DNA from: Abditibacteriaceae bacterium
GTDB taxonomy: Bacteria; Armatimonadota; Abditibacteriia; Abditibacteriales; Abditibacteriaceae
Length of the DNA stretch: 64,000 nucleotides
Reading direction: 5' to 3'
NCBI GenBank assembly: GCA_031425655.1
Contig: JANPJS010000143.1
Coordinates: 1 to 64,000 of the forward strand
Shown here: positions 7,474-17,469 of the stretch, one piece after another
Numbering within the stretch: the first letter of the stretch is position 1
How the letters are laid out: the number at the start of each line of letters is the position of its first letter
Notes under the pieces: generated by a model
What the model saw: the letters and a program-made list of their open reading frames with translations, nothing else
What the model was told of the DNA's origin: nothing
Database searches by the model: none
Translations under genes and position numbers: made by a program

Positions 7474-10338
7474 TCATCCAAGAGCAGCGCGCTTCAAAGT
7501 GACTTTTGAAGCACGCCCCTTCTCAGCCGCCGCTTTTTTTGTCGTAGCGCGCAGCACAATTTTGCTCGCTTCGCACAGCCACAACACCGAACTGGCGACG
7601 GCTCCGCAGCGCAGCCAATCGCCCGCGCTCAGGCCGACGGTTGAAAAGGCGTTTTGCAGAAATGGCAGATAAATCACCGCGACATGAAGCGCCAGCGACA
7701 GGCCGACGGCGCCCCAAAGCCAGCGATTTTGAAAAAGTCCGCGAAAGGCGCTTTGCTCGTCCGAGCGTGCGTTAAACACGTTGAACATTTGAAACAGCAT
7801 CAGCGTGGTGAAAGCCATCGTCTGGGCGTAGCGCATAGTGCCTGAACCTTCGACCAAGCCGCCGGGCAGCGAAGCATCCAGCACCAACAGAGTGCCCGTT
7901 GCCATAATCGCACCGATAAAAACGATACCCGCCCACATCCGCCGCGTGATGACGCCTTCACTTTGCGGGCGCGGCGGGCGATTCATCAGGCCCACTTCCG
8001 CCGGATCAACGCCGAGGGCAAGGGCGGGCGCGCCGTCCGTCACCAGATTAATCCACAAAATGTGCGTTGCCAAAAGCGGCAACGCGACCGCGTGGCCTTC
8101 AGCGTGCAGGCCGATGGTTTTCGCCAGCAGAACTCCGAAAAACATCGTCATCACTTCGCCAATGTTGGACGACAGCAGAAAGCGCAAAAACTTGCGGATA
8201 TTAGCGAAGATAGCGCGCCCTTCCTCGACTGCCGCCACGATGGTGGCGAAGTTGTCGTCAGTCAGCACGACGTCGGCGGCTTCTTTGGAAACGTCCGTGC
8301 CGGTGATGCCCATCGCCACGCCGATGTCGGCGGTTTTGAGAGCCGGAGCGTCATTCACGCCGTCGCCGGTCATGGCCACAATCGCGCCGCCACTTTGCAG
8401 CGCCTTCACGATACGCAGCTTGTGTTCGGGGTTAACGCGCGCATAAACCGAAACTTCACGCACCGTTTGCACAAGTTCCGGCTCCGACATCTTTTCCAAC
8501 TCGGCGCCCGTGATAGCACGGCCATCGCTGGTGATGCCCAATTCTCCGGCGATGGCCGCAGCGGTTTCGGGATGATCGCCGGTAATCATAATCGGGCGGA
8601 TTCCCGCCTCGCGCGCCCGCGCTACGGCCTGTTTCGCTTCCTCGCGCGGCGGGTCAATCATGCCGACGAGTCCGAGAAAAACAAGCTCGTTTTCAACGCT
8701 TGCGTTGACGACTTGGCCCGGCAATGCGCCCTCTGGCAATTTGCGCTCGGCGACAGCCAGCGTGCGCAACGCTTGTCCTGCGAGAACTCTGTTGAGCCGC
8801 AAAATCTCCGCGCGCCGCTCCTCGGTTAAAGGTCTGGGATGCGAACCCACCATCTCGAAAGCGCAACGCGCCAGCAAAACACCGGGCGCGCCTTTGGTAA
8901 AAACGAGGAGGCGCCCCGGCATTTCGGTGTCGGTGTGAACCGTTGTCATCAGCTTGCGCTCGGACGAAAAGGGCACTTCCGCGACACGTTTCAAGCGCGC
9001 TTCGAGAACTGCGGTTTCGAGTCCCGCTTTACGCGCCGCGACGATCAGGGCGCCTTCGGTCGGGTCGCCCTGCACAGCCCAGAGGCCGTCCTGCTCTTGC
9101 AGCGCAGCATTATTGGCGCGGTCGGCCACGGTCAGAGCGCGCTGCAATTCTTCGCGCAACGCACCGTCGGGCGCCGTGCCGTCTTCACCCAGCACTTCGC
9201 CGCTGGGCGCGTAGCCAATGCCTTCCACATGGACGCGCCCGCTTGCCGTGACGACGGCGCGCACCGTCATCTCGTTTTTGGTCAGCGTGCCGGTTTTATC
9301 CGAAGCGATGACCGTCGCCGAACCGAGCGTTTCAACTGCTGCGAGATGGCGCACGATGGCGTTGCGCTTTGCCATGCGCTGCACGCCCAGCGACAACACC
9401 GTCGTCACCACAGCAGGCAAGCCTTCGGGCACGGCGGCGACTGCCAAAGCCACGCCTAAAATCAGAACATCGAAGAGCGCCGAAACCCCGCGCACCTTTT
9501 CAACGAGAATGATGGTGGCGATCATCACGACAGCGATAATGACGACGATAACGCCGAGCAGCTTGCCCATTCGGTCAAGCTCTTTTTGCAGCGGCGTTTT
9601 TTCAGTCGGAGCTTCGTGGAGCATTCCCGCAATGCGTCCCATTTCGGTTTGCATTCCGGTCGCCGTCACGACGGCTTGGCCGCGCCCATAAGTCGCAGAT
9701 GTGCCGCTGAAAATCATGTTGAGGCGATCGCCAAGCCCGGCGTCTCCGTCAAGTGGAGCGATGTCTTTCGTCACCGGCAAACTCTCGCCCGTCAGAGATG
9801 CTTCGGCCATTTGCAGCGAGGTGGAATGAATCAGGCGCGCATCGGCGGGCACGGTATCGCCTTCCTCGATGAGAATAACGTCGCCGCACACCAGTTCTGC
9901 AGCGGGAACGCTGTGCCGCTCGCCGTCGCGCAGCACATTCGCGTGCGCCGCCACCATCTGGCGCAGGGCCGCTACCGCCGCTTCGGCGTGCGACTCCTGA
10001 ACGTAACCCATGACCGCGTTGACCAGCACGACGGCTAAAATTGCCATCGCCTCGTAAGGCAGCGCCGATTCGCGCTCAATGGCCCACAGCACACCCGAAA
10101 TCACGGAAGCGATGAGCAGCAGAATCACCAGCACGTCCTGAAATTGCGCGAGAAATTTGCGCCACGCCGGAACCGGCTCATGGGCCGTCAACTCGTTGCG
10201 GCCATCGCGTTCGAGCCGCGTTTTTGCTTCCGTTTGGCTTAAACCGCGTTGTGCATCGGTGTTCTGTGCGGCGAGAATTTCTTCACCCGATTGTTGATAA
10301 GGTTGTGTAGGATTGTCCTGCATGGGAGTAAGGTTCAT
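7474..10338 (-). CDS. P-type IIA cation (Ca2+/Mn2+)-transporting ATPase
   Basis: Motifs TGES, VPEGL, DKTGTLT, KGA, TGD, GDGVNDAP, SNIGE and INLVTD. The start may be 10323. Confidence 0.93.
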   Translation of the reverse strand: MNLTPMQDNPTQPYQQSGEEILAAQNTDAQRGLSQTEAKTRLERDGRNELTAHEPVPAWRKFLAQFQDVLVILLLIASVISGVLWAIERESALPYEAMAILAVVLVNAVMGYVQESHAEAAVAALRQMVAAHANVLRDGERHSVPAAELVCGDVILIEEGDTVPADARLIHSTSLQMAEASLTGESLPVTKDIAPLDGDAGLGDRLNMIFSGTSATYGRGQAVVTATGMQTEMGRIAGMLHEAPTEKTPLQKELDRMGKLLGVIVVIIAVVMIATIILVEKVRGVSALFDVLILGVALAVAAVPEGLPAVVTTVLSLGVQRMAKRNAIVRHLAAVETLGSATVIASDKTGTLTKNEMTVRAVVTASGRVHVEGIGYAPSGEVLGEDGTAPDGALREELQRALTVADRANNAALQEQDGLWAVQGDPTEGALIVAARKAGLETAVLEARLKRVAEVPFSSERKLMTTVHTDTEMPGRLLVFTKGAPGVLLARCAFEMVGSHPRPLTEERRAEILRLNRVLAGQALRTLAVAERKLPEGALPGQVVNASVENELVFLGLVGMIDPPREEAKQAVARAREAGIRPIMITGDHPETAAAIAGELGITSDGRAITGAELEKMSEPELVQTVREVSVYARVNPEHKLRIVKALQSGGAIVAMTGDGVNDAPALKTADIGVAMGITGTDVSKEAADVVLTDDNFATIVAAVEEGRAIFANIRKFLRFLLSSNIGEVMTMFFGVLLAKTIGLHAEGHAVALPLLATHILWINLVTDGAPALALGVDPAEVGLMNRPPRPQSEGVITRRMWAGIVFIGAIMATGTLLVLDASLPGGLVEGSGTMRYAQTMAFTTLMLFQMFNVFNARSDEQSAFRGLFQNRWLWGAVGLSLALHVAVIYLPFLQNAFSTVGLSAGDWLRCGAVASSVLWLCEASKIVLRATTKKAAAEKGRASKVTLKRAALG

Positions 10339-10586
10339 CGGTGCGTCCTCATCGCAGCCTCAAATGGAGAAGGATAAACGTCACCGCAAAAATCGTGATA
10401 CGGCTCGTTCGGTGTCGCCAAATCGAAGCGAGGACATCCTGAGACCACCCACCGTGCGGTTGATACCGCAGCTTCGGTGCGTTTTGTTTCGGTGCATCTG
10501 CAATCGAATACTCGATATGGGATTTCATGGTGAGTTTCTTGACACTTGATTTTCACTTAACGACAATTTGATGGCGCGGCACAACG

Positions 10587-11333
10587 TCAATCGTCGGGAA
10601 AAATGCTGGTGCGCGGCACGGCCTCTTCATCGTCGTCCGCACTGCTCTGGCGATGCATAATGGTAAAGAAAATCGCGCCCGCTCCCAAGCACGCCAGAGC
10701 GGCCAATAATAAGCAGATCGGGCCATAAATCATGTCGAGGAAGGCGCCCAATAAGCCTCCACAACCAAAAGAGAACAGCAGCGCGATCAGGAACTTGAGC
10801 TTCCACTTCACGATGCGACGATGACGCAGCCAGTGGCCAATCATCACGCCCAAGTCGGTCACGACGCCGCTGACGTGCGTGGTGCGAATCATTAGCCCGC
10901 AATAACTGCTGCTCATCGCGTTTTGCAAACCGCACGCTGCCGCCGCCAGCATAGGGCCGCCTGCTGACTTTCGGAGTAGCAGCAGAGTTGCAACCAAAAG
11001 CAGCGCGCCCTCAATCATCATCACCACGCCAAAGCGACGCGAGGGCACCAGTTTGGTCGCTCCAACGAAGATGCCGGCCATCATCGCGCCGAGCAAAAAG
11101 CCCAAAATGATAAGAACCGAACCGAGCGAATCTTCGACGTGACCTTCGGCGACGTTCAATCCCAGGCGCGATACTGCGCCCGACATATGGCTGACAGGCG
11201 TGTCGAAGAAGCCCAACATGACCGAGTTGACGTATCCAGCCGTGCCACTAAGAGCCATCATTCCGGGCAGGATATGCTTCCATTCCCGGTAAACCGTCGC
11301 TTTGTCGAGAGGTTGGGGGTAAGAATAAGGCAT
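10587..11333 (-). CDS. YoaK/DUF1275 family membrane protein
   Basis: Motifs AGYVN, VSHMSG, GLQNA and RTTHVSG..TDLG. Confidence 0.85.
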   Translation of the reverse strand: MPYSYPQPLDKATVYREWKHILPGMMALSGTAGYVNSVMLGFFDTPVSHMSGAVSRLGLNVAEGHVEDSLGSVLIILGFLLGAMMAGIFVGATKLVPSRRFGVVMMIEGALLLVATLLLLRKSAGGPMLAAAACGLQNAMSSSYCGLMIRTTHVSGVVTDLGVMIGHWLRHRRIVKWKLKFLIALLFSFGCGGLLGAFLDMIYGPICLLLAALACLGAGAIFFTIMHRQSSADDDEEAVPRTSIFPDD

Positions 11334-11364
11334 GGATCAAATTAAGCATCTTGGAAATTCTCAA

Positions 11365-11517
11365 TAGACCTCTTTCATAAATGCTTTTCCCATCAAGAAC
11401 AGGGTGTCATTCCGAGCGAAGTCGAGGAATCTTTGTGCCGTGACGAGTCAAAGATTCCTCGACTTCGCTCGGAATGACAGACCTAAGAGGCTCATGGCGA
11501 ATTATGAAAGAGGTCTA
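11365..11517. mobile_element. MITE-like element with an internal perfect palindrome
   Basis: 16-bp TIRs TAGACCTCTTTCATAA / TTATGAAAGAGGTCTA enclose the stem TGTCATTCCGAGCGAAGTCGAGGAATCTTTG...CAAAGATTCCTCGACTTCGCTCGGAATGACA (11405-11479). Confidence 0.75.
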
Positions 11518-11628
11518 ATCTTTCAAGTGATGATCGCCAGTAAAGGCTGAGGCGTCAGACCAACCGCCGGCGCGAGGGCAAATAGGAACAAATCCACTAT
11601 TGGGGGAACCGGTTTGCAACATCATATG

Positions 11629-11823
11629 CAAGGCAAACGCATTGCTTCTGGTGCCGGGCGACTGAAGTCGCGGCTCAGAGCCTACGGCTGATTGTCGGCC
11701 TGCGCCGACACAAGATTTAGCTCGAAATTCAGTCCGCGTAGGCGGACTGTCGGCGCCACAGGCGCCCTGAGCCGCGATTTCAATCGCCAGCGTGCAGGCT
11801 GGGGAAGCAATGCGTAGGCCCTG
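11629..11823. mobile_element. MITE with a 10-bp target-site duplication
   Basis: TIRs CAAGGCAAACGCATTGCTT / AAGCAATGCGTAGGCCCTG, flanked by ACATCATATG at 11619-11628 and 11824-11833. The interior is REP-like. Confidence 0.85.
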
Positions 11824-11859
11824 ACATCATATGACCAACTGGTCATTGCTGAATGGTTT

Positions 11860-14760
11860 TTAAATTACCGGCGCCTCAGCGAGAAATTTGTCCAAAGTGT
11901 GGAGGAACTGATCAACATTAAGGGGTTTGGTCAGGTAATCTTTGGCTCCGGCAGCCAACAACCGTTCTATCTGCTTGGTCGTGGCATCGGCGCTGACGAT
12001 AACAACCGGAATATCTCTGGTCAGGGCCGATTGTTGCAAACGCGCCAACACTTCAGTGCCGTGAATATCGGGTAAATCGAGATCGAGAAGGATAAGATCA
12101 GGCTCATGCTGGCGCGCCAAGTCCAGCCCCACGCTGCCCTGTATGGCGGCCAGCAACGTGATTTCCGGGCGGCTTCGCAAGATAGCCTCTATAAGCCGCA
12201 AATTGGAAGGGTTGTCTTCAATACAGAGTATGGAATACGAGCTTTCGTTTTCTTTGATTGTCTCTACTTGGAGAGTGCCTTCCGGTAAATTCTTTAACTG
12301 CTCCACTGGTGAAACGGCTTGCGGGAATGCGACAGTGAATGTCGTGCCCTCGCCCAACGTGCTTTCGACTTTTAGAGTTCCGCCCATCGCCGTCACCAGC
12401 CGTTGCGACAAAACCAGGCCCAATCCGGTGCCTTCGACGTTAGAGGTCGAGGCGCTCAACCGCTCGAACGGCGTGAAAAGCTTTGGCAAATCTTCGGGCG
12501 TGATGCCCGGCCCGGTGTCACGAATCGCAATGGAGATCCATTCGTCCGGCTGTTGTTCGCAAGAGACTTCGACCTCCCCACTCTCACGATTGTATTTAAT
12601 GGCATTGGACAGCAGATTTATCAGCACCTGCTTGAATCGCTGCAGGTCAGCCAGAACGTAGAGGCGTTCCGTCTTCGAGGTGTTTTCTGAGAAACGGATA
12701 TTGCGCCCGGCTGCCAGTGGCCGCACCAGAGCGCAGACTTCAGGCACAACATCAGCCAGAGCAATCGGTTCTATAGAAAGATCAACGTGTCCGGCTTCAA
12801 CGCGAGCGATGTCTAATATCTCGTTGATAAGGTCGAGAAGGTGCCGTCCGCCTTTGAGGATGAAACCCACGCTTTCGTGCGCAAGCGGGTCAAGGTTTTC
12901 CTTATCTAAGATTTGACCAAAACCAAGAATCGCATTGAGCGGAGTGCGAAGTTCGTGACTCATGCGCGAAAGAAATTCGCTTTTGGCCAGATTGGCCGCA
13001 TCCGCCTGCGCTTTGGCTTCATGCAGCGCGGCCTCAATGTTCTTGCGTTCTGTAATGTCCCGTGATACTTTGGCGAAGCCACGCAGATTGCCCGATTCAT
13101 CGCGCAGCGCTGTAAGGACAAGGGTGGCCCAAAAGCGCGAGCCGTCCTGCCGCACGCGCCAGCCTTCATCCTCCAGGTAGCCTTCGGCTTCTGCGGTGCG
13201 TAGCATTTGCATCGGCTTGCCGGCTTGTTGGTCTTCTTCGGTGTAAAAGCACGAAAAGTGTTGGCCGATGATGTCTTCGGCGCGATAGCCTTTCATGCGC
13301 TCGGCCCCGGCGTTCCACGTCATGATATGGCCGGTGGGAGACAGCATCAAGATCGCGTAGTCATGCGCGTTTTCCACCAGCAACCGAAATCGCTCTTCGC
13401 TCTGCGTCAGCGTGGCCATGATTTGCTGTTGCTCGGCCTCTTCTTCTCGCAACGCAACATTCGCCCGTTCCAATTCTGACGTGCGTTCTGCAACGCGCAG
13501 TTCCAAGTTTTCGTTGGCCTTGCGCAAGGCTGCTTCAGCCTCTTTGAGTTCTGTAATGTCCGTGCAGGTGCCAACCCATTCGCGGATGCTGGCGTCGCTT
13601 TCCAGAATTGGCACGCCGCGCACTGCGAAAAGACGGTATTCGCCGTCTGCAGCTCGAATGCGGTATTCAGTCTCATAGAGGCTTTTTGTCGCCACGCAGT
13701 TGACCCATATCTTTTCGGCCCGCTCGCGATCATCGGGATGCAAGGCTTGCCCCCAGCCCCAGCCCTGCACTTCTTCCACGCTCTGGCCGGTATAGTTCCG
13801 CCAGGCCGGCATATCTTCTACGGCCCCGTCAGGCGGTGTAGTCCACACGATCTGCGAGGTCGCCACCGCGAGTGAGCGATAGCGCTCCTCACCCTGGCGC
13901 AGCGCCGTCTCCGCCTGCTTGCGCTCGGTAATCTGCTGCAAAAGCTCCCCGTTAAGCGCCACGGCCTTTTCTCTGGACTCTGTGGCGTCTTCCATCATGT
14001 TGAGGGCAGCAATGCGGGCCGCTTCTGAATCCCCGGTGCGTTGTGCCACCTTCTGATCCAGAGTGGCATTCAACTCCGCCAGTGCATTGACCTTGCTTTC
14101 CAATTGCACTCTGAATTCCATAAGAGCGACCTGATCGCGCTGCATGGCCCGCAGGGCCAGTAGCCAACCGACGAAAAAGATTGCAATGCCACAAAACTCC
14201 AATACCAATTGCTGGAAATTTCGCTGGCGGTCTAATTGATGTTCGCGCTGGCTGATGCTCTGGAGTTGTTCGAGAAGTTGCTCCATTCCGTGAACATGGA
14301 TGCGCACCTGCCTGCGATACTCCTCACTCGCCAGAATGCCCTGCGCCTCGTTCAGGCGATTCAAGCCAGCGAGCTTGAAAACCCGATGTTCCATCAGCGC
14401 CAGCTTTTGACCAGATTCATCGGTTTGCGTGATGCTTGCCATGGCCTCAGGTGCGAGCTTTTTAAGTTCCTTTATCATGGAGAGATATTTTTTCTCAAAT
14501 ACCAAGTAACGCTTCTTCCAGTTGGGATCTCCTGTTTCGGCAGCCATGCGCGCCGACATGGTGAACGCCTCGTCAAAATGAATGACACGGCTTCCCAGCT
14601 TTTCCAGCCGCATGAACTTAGCCTGCATGGTGCTGGAGCCCTGAAAACTTTGGTAGTCACTGAAGGCAAACCACATTAAAGCGATGGCCGTGATAATTAC
14701 AGCGCCGGCCAGAAACCGCGAGGGGAGATGCCTTCGAGAAATTGACTTAATTGTCGCCAT
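11860..14760 (-). CDS. Hybrid sensor histidine kinase (TM-sensor-TM, 2x PAS, HisKA, HATPase, REC)
   Basis: SHELRTPL H-box, NLLSNAIKY, DTGPGI, GTGLGL, and a C-terminal receiver (IEDN, LLDLDLP, TKP). ATG 14760 follows AAGGAAG. Confidence 0.93.
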   Translation of the reverse strand: MATIKSISRRHLPSRFLAGAVIITAIALMWFAFSDYQSFQGSSTMQAKFMRLEKLGSRVIHFDEAFTMSARMAAETGDPNWKKRYLVFEKKYLSMIKELKKLAPEAMASITQTDESGQKLALMEHRVFKLAGLNRLNEAQGILASEEYRRQVRIHVHGMEQLLEQLQSISQREHQLDRQRNFQQLVLEFCGIAIFFVGWLLALRAMQRDQVALMEFRVQLESKVNALAELNATLDQKVAQRTGDSEAARIAALNMMEDATESREKAVALNGELLQQITERKQAETALRQGEERYRSLAVATSQIVWTTPPDGAVEDMPAWRNYTGQSVEEVQGWGWGQALHPDDRERAEKIWVNCVATKSLYETEYRIRAADGEYRLFAVRGVPILESDASIREWVGTCTDITELKEAEAALRKANENLELRVAERTSELERANVALREEEAEQQQIMATLTQSEERFRLLVENAHDYAILMLSPTGHIMTWNAGAERMKGYRAEDIIGQHFSCFYTEEDQQAGKPMQMLRTAEAEGYLEDEGWRVRQDGSRFWATLVLTALRDESGNLRGFAKVSRDITERKNIEAALHEAKAQADAANLAKSEFLSRMSHELRTPLNAILGFGQILDKENLDPLAHESVGFILKGGRHLLDLINEILDIARVEAGHVDLSIEPIALADVVPEVCALVRPLAAGRNIRFSENTSKTERLYVLADLQRFKQVLINLLSNAIKYNRESGEVEVSCEQQPDEWISIAIRDTGPGITPEDLPKLFTPFERLSASTSNVEGTGLGLVLSQRLVTAMGGTLKVESTLGEGTTFTVAFPQAVSPVEQLKNLPEGTLQVETIKENESSYSILCIEDNPSNLRLIEAILRSRPEITLLAAIQGSVGLDLARQHEPDLILLDLDLPDIHGTEVLARLQQSALTRDIPVVIVSADATTKQIERLLAAGAKDYLTKPLNVDQFLHTLDKFLAEAPVI

Positions 14761-16291
14761 TGTCGCCACTTCCTTTATCGGCACCATCGTATTCAGGAAG
14801 ACCTGATGCCGCGAGAAAAGCCAGCTTATAGGGTGGCGGCGTTCCTAATTGCTCGGACAAGCGGTTAATCTGTTGTTTAAGCTCGACCATGCGTAGCTCG
14901 CGCCCGACAGCGAGACGGTTAAAGCGAGCCAGTTCGTCGTTGGAATGTGTCGTTTCCTCCACCTGTCGTTGCAGATTGTCCTCAGCTTGCTTGCGTTCGC
15001 TGATGTCGCGCAGATAGCCGGTGAAGATGGTGCACTCGCCAAGATTAACTGGAGAAATAGATAATTCGGTGGGGAATTCTGAGCCGTCGGCGCGCATCGC
15101 CGTGACTTCGATTCTGTGGTTTATTAAGGGGCCTTTGCCCGTCTCCAGAAAGTGCGCCAGACCGCGCTGGTGCTGTTCGCGCAAGGCCGGAGGAATGATA
15201 AGATCGGCCAGCAGTTGACCGATGACTTCGTTGCGCGTATAGCCGAAGATTTTTTCGGCAGCCGGATTAAATTCGATGACGCACCCTGTGTCATCCATCG
15301 AGATGATGCCATCCAACGCAGTCTCAAAAATGGCGGCCTTGCGTGCCTCGCTTTCCCGCAGTGATTTCTCGGCCCGCTTGCGCTCGCTGATGTCGCGCTT
15401 GATTGAAGATGCCCCAATAATACGGCCCTCCGCATCCTTCAGCGGTGAAATCGAAAGCGAAATATCGAGATGGGAGCCATCTTTTCGCACCCGCACCGTC
15501 TCGTAGTGTTCGACCGGCTCGCCATGCCTGATTTTTTCCAGCAGTTGCTGCATTTCGTCGAGCAGATTCGCAGGCGCTAAAAAAGAAACCGGTCGGCCAA
15601 TCGCTTCCTCGGCTGTATAGCCATATAGCTTTTGCGCGCCCGCGTTCCAAGTTGTGATAATGCCATCCAAAGTCTTGCTGATGATCGCGTCTTCGGAGGA
15701 CTGCACAATCGCTGACAAGAGGGCAGAATCCGCTTCAGCCGATTTGCGCTGGCTGATGTCACGGATGTTGCATTGAATGACCTGCTTGTCTCCACTCACA
15801 TAAACGTTGCTTACAAACTCAACGGAAGCTTTTTGACCGTTTTTTGTTTCGAGCGGCAAATCGTCATAACGGACATATTCTTTTTCTTGTAACGTGCGAA
15901 AAGCGTCCTGATTGGCCGCGATGTCGCGGAAAGTGCCGATTTCCCAGAGCTGCTTACCCATGAAGTCGTCCGGCGCGTAACCCAACAACTGGCACAGATA
16001 GGGATTCACATCTTCGATTTTTCCGGTTTCCGCATCCAGAATCAGAATTCCGTCTTTGGCGGATTCAAAAAGCCGCTGGTAACGCACCTCGGAAACTCTT
16101 AAGTTTTCTGCATCCTGACGGGCCGACTCTGTGATGCCGGCTAACTCACGCTGGGTGTTCACCAACTCGTTGTTAATGCGGCTGATTTCATTCAACTGTG
16201 CGCCGTCGTGTCCCGCCTGCACCTGTGCCTCGGCGACTTCGCGCTCCAAAGCGGCGCGAAGTTCCAAGATAGTTTGTTCGTTGGCATTCAT
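14747..16291 (-). CDS. Triple-PAS protein with coiled-coil termini and no catalytic output domain
   Basis: Three PAS/PAC repeats each end in RDIS.RK. N-terminal EISRINNELVNTQREL and C-terminal RFNRLAVGRELRMVELK...PPPY. Confidence 0.88.
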   Translation of the reverse strand: MNANEQTILELRAALEREVAEAQVQAGHDGAQLNEISRINNELVNTQRELAGITESARQDAENLRVSEVRYQRLFESAKDGILILDAETGKIEDVNPYLCQLLGYAPDDFMGKQLWEIGTFRDIAANQDAFRTLQEKEYVRYDDLPLETKNGQKASVEFVSNVYVSGDKQVIQCNIRDISQRKSAEADSALLSAIVQSSEDAIISKTLDGIITTWNAGAQKLYGYTAEEAIGRPVSFLAPANLLDEMQQLLEKIRHGEPVEHYETVRVRKDGSHLDISLSISPLKDAEGRIIGASSIKRDISERKRAEKSLRESEARKAAIFETALDGIISMDDTGCVIEFNPAAEKIFGYTRNEVIGQLLADLIIPPALREQHQRGLAHFLETGKGPLINHRIEVTAMRADGSEFPTELSISPVNLGECTIFTGYLRDISERKQAEDNLQRQVEETTHSNDELARFNRLAVGRELRMVELKQQINRLSEQLGTPPPYKLAFLAASGLPEYDGADKGSGDNGDN

Positions 16292-16317
16292 GTCGGACGG
16301 GTCTCCCTTGACGGGCG

Positions 16318-17469
16318 TTACGGCTTTGACTGCGTCAACATCTCGCTTGGATTCTCATTCAAAGAATTCGCGTGCGTGACTTGGTTGCGGCCACTCTCTT
16401 TGGAAGCATAAAGCGCGCGATCCGCCGCGCCGATTAGCTCCGTTTCGGAGTTGATTAGCGAGGATAATGTGGCTGCGCCAAAACTGGCAGTTACCGCGCG
16501 CTCTGGCCAGGGCGCCGATTCAATGACCACGCGCAGACGCTCGGCCATAATAACTGCACCTTCAGCGTCGGTATTGGGCAACACGAGCGTGAATTCTTCG
16601 CCGCCGTAGCGCGCCACGAAATCAGTCGTCCGCGCTTGTTCCCGAAGCAGGCGCGCTACAGTTTTTAAAACTTCGTCGCCTCCCAAATGGCCGAATGTGT
16701 CGTTATATTGCTTGAACTTATCCACATCTAACAAAACCAGCGAAAGCGGTGTTTTGTAGCGCAGGCTACGGATAATTTCTTCTGTCAGCTTTTCCCCGAA
16801 GGCGCGGCGGTTTTTCACTCCGGTCAAGCCGTCCATTGTCGCCAGCGCGTCCAATCGAACATTGGCTTCTTCTAAGGCAACTTGCTTGGCTTCTAAAGCG
16901 GTTCGCGCTTCTTCTAAAGCCGCGTTGGTCTGACTCAAAACAGCGTTCTTTTTCGCCAGTTCACGCTGCGCCGTCATCACACCATTGTTGGCGCGGCTGA
17001 GTTCGGCGAGTAACTCGTTGTCGCGTTCGCTTCGAGCGTGCTCGGACAACGAAGCCTGTTTCACTGCTGCGCGCAAAGAATTCACGGTCTCATTGTTAAT
17101 CCGCATCAATTCTTCTACCAAGCGTGTAGCGTCTGAGTTCGCCGCTTCCCCTACGCTGTTCCCCACGATCAAGACACCGTCATTGGTGGCGCCCCCGGTC
17201 AAACTTAAACCGGTGAGTTTTCCCTTAATCGTCACCTGAATTTGCCAGCCGAAAGCGTAGCCGGAGTCACACAGCGTTTCCATGAACTCTTGGGCTAATC
17301 CCGCTTCGGGAGCGAGGTTTTCCCCTTGACAAATGCCAATCGCAGCAATGAATGGCTGCCCCACCTTTAATTGCGAAGACAACCCCAATCCGTCATGGAT
17401 GACTCTGGTAATCACGCCTTGCGAATTACATAAAACCACGATGCCGCTCGCCGAAGAATGAGGTTTCAT
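16318..17469 (-). CDS. Diguanylate cyclase (PAS-like, coiled coil, GGDEF)
   Basis: Motifs DGLTGVKNRR, DVDKFKQYNDTFGHLGGD and RYGGEEF, with an RTTD I-site. Confidence 0.93.
   Translation of the reverse strand: MKPHSSASGIVVLCNSQGVITRVIHDGLGLSSQLKVGQPFIAAIGICQGENLAPEAGLAQEFMETLCDSGYAFGWQIQVTIKGKLTGLSLTGGATNDGVLIVGNSVGEAANSDATRLVEELMRINNETVNSLRAAVKQASLSEHARSERDNELLAELSRANNGVMTAQRELAKKNAVLSQTNAALEEARTALEAKQVALEEANVRLDALATMDGLTGVKNRRAFGEKLTEEIIRSLRYKTPLSLVLLDVDKFKQYNDTFGHLGGDEVLKTVARLLREQARTTDFVARYGGEEFTLVLPNTDAEGAVIMAERLRVVIESAPWPERAVTASFGAATLSSLINSETELIGAADRALYASKESGRNQVTHANSLNENPSEMLTQSKP

Noticed and set aside
10335..10556. Small ORF(s) upstream of the P-type ATPase
   Set aside because: Two alternative short frames exist with no recognisable family. 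It may be a gene remnant but cannot be supported.
11606..11619. Second copy of the TGCAAACCGGTT operator-like motif
   Set aside because: It lies between MITEs, far from any sugar gene, and may be a chance match.
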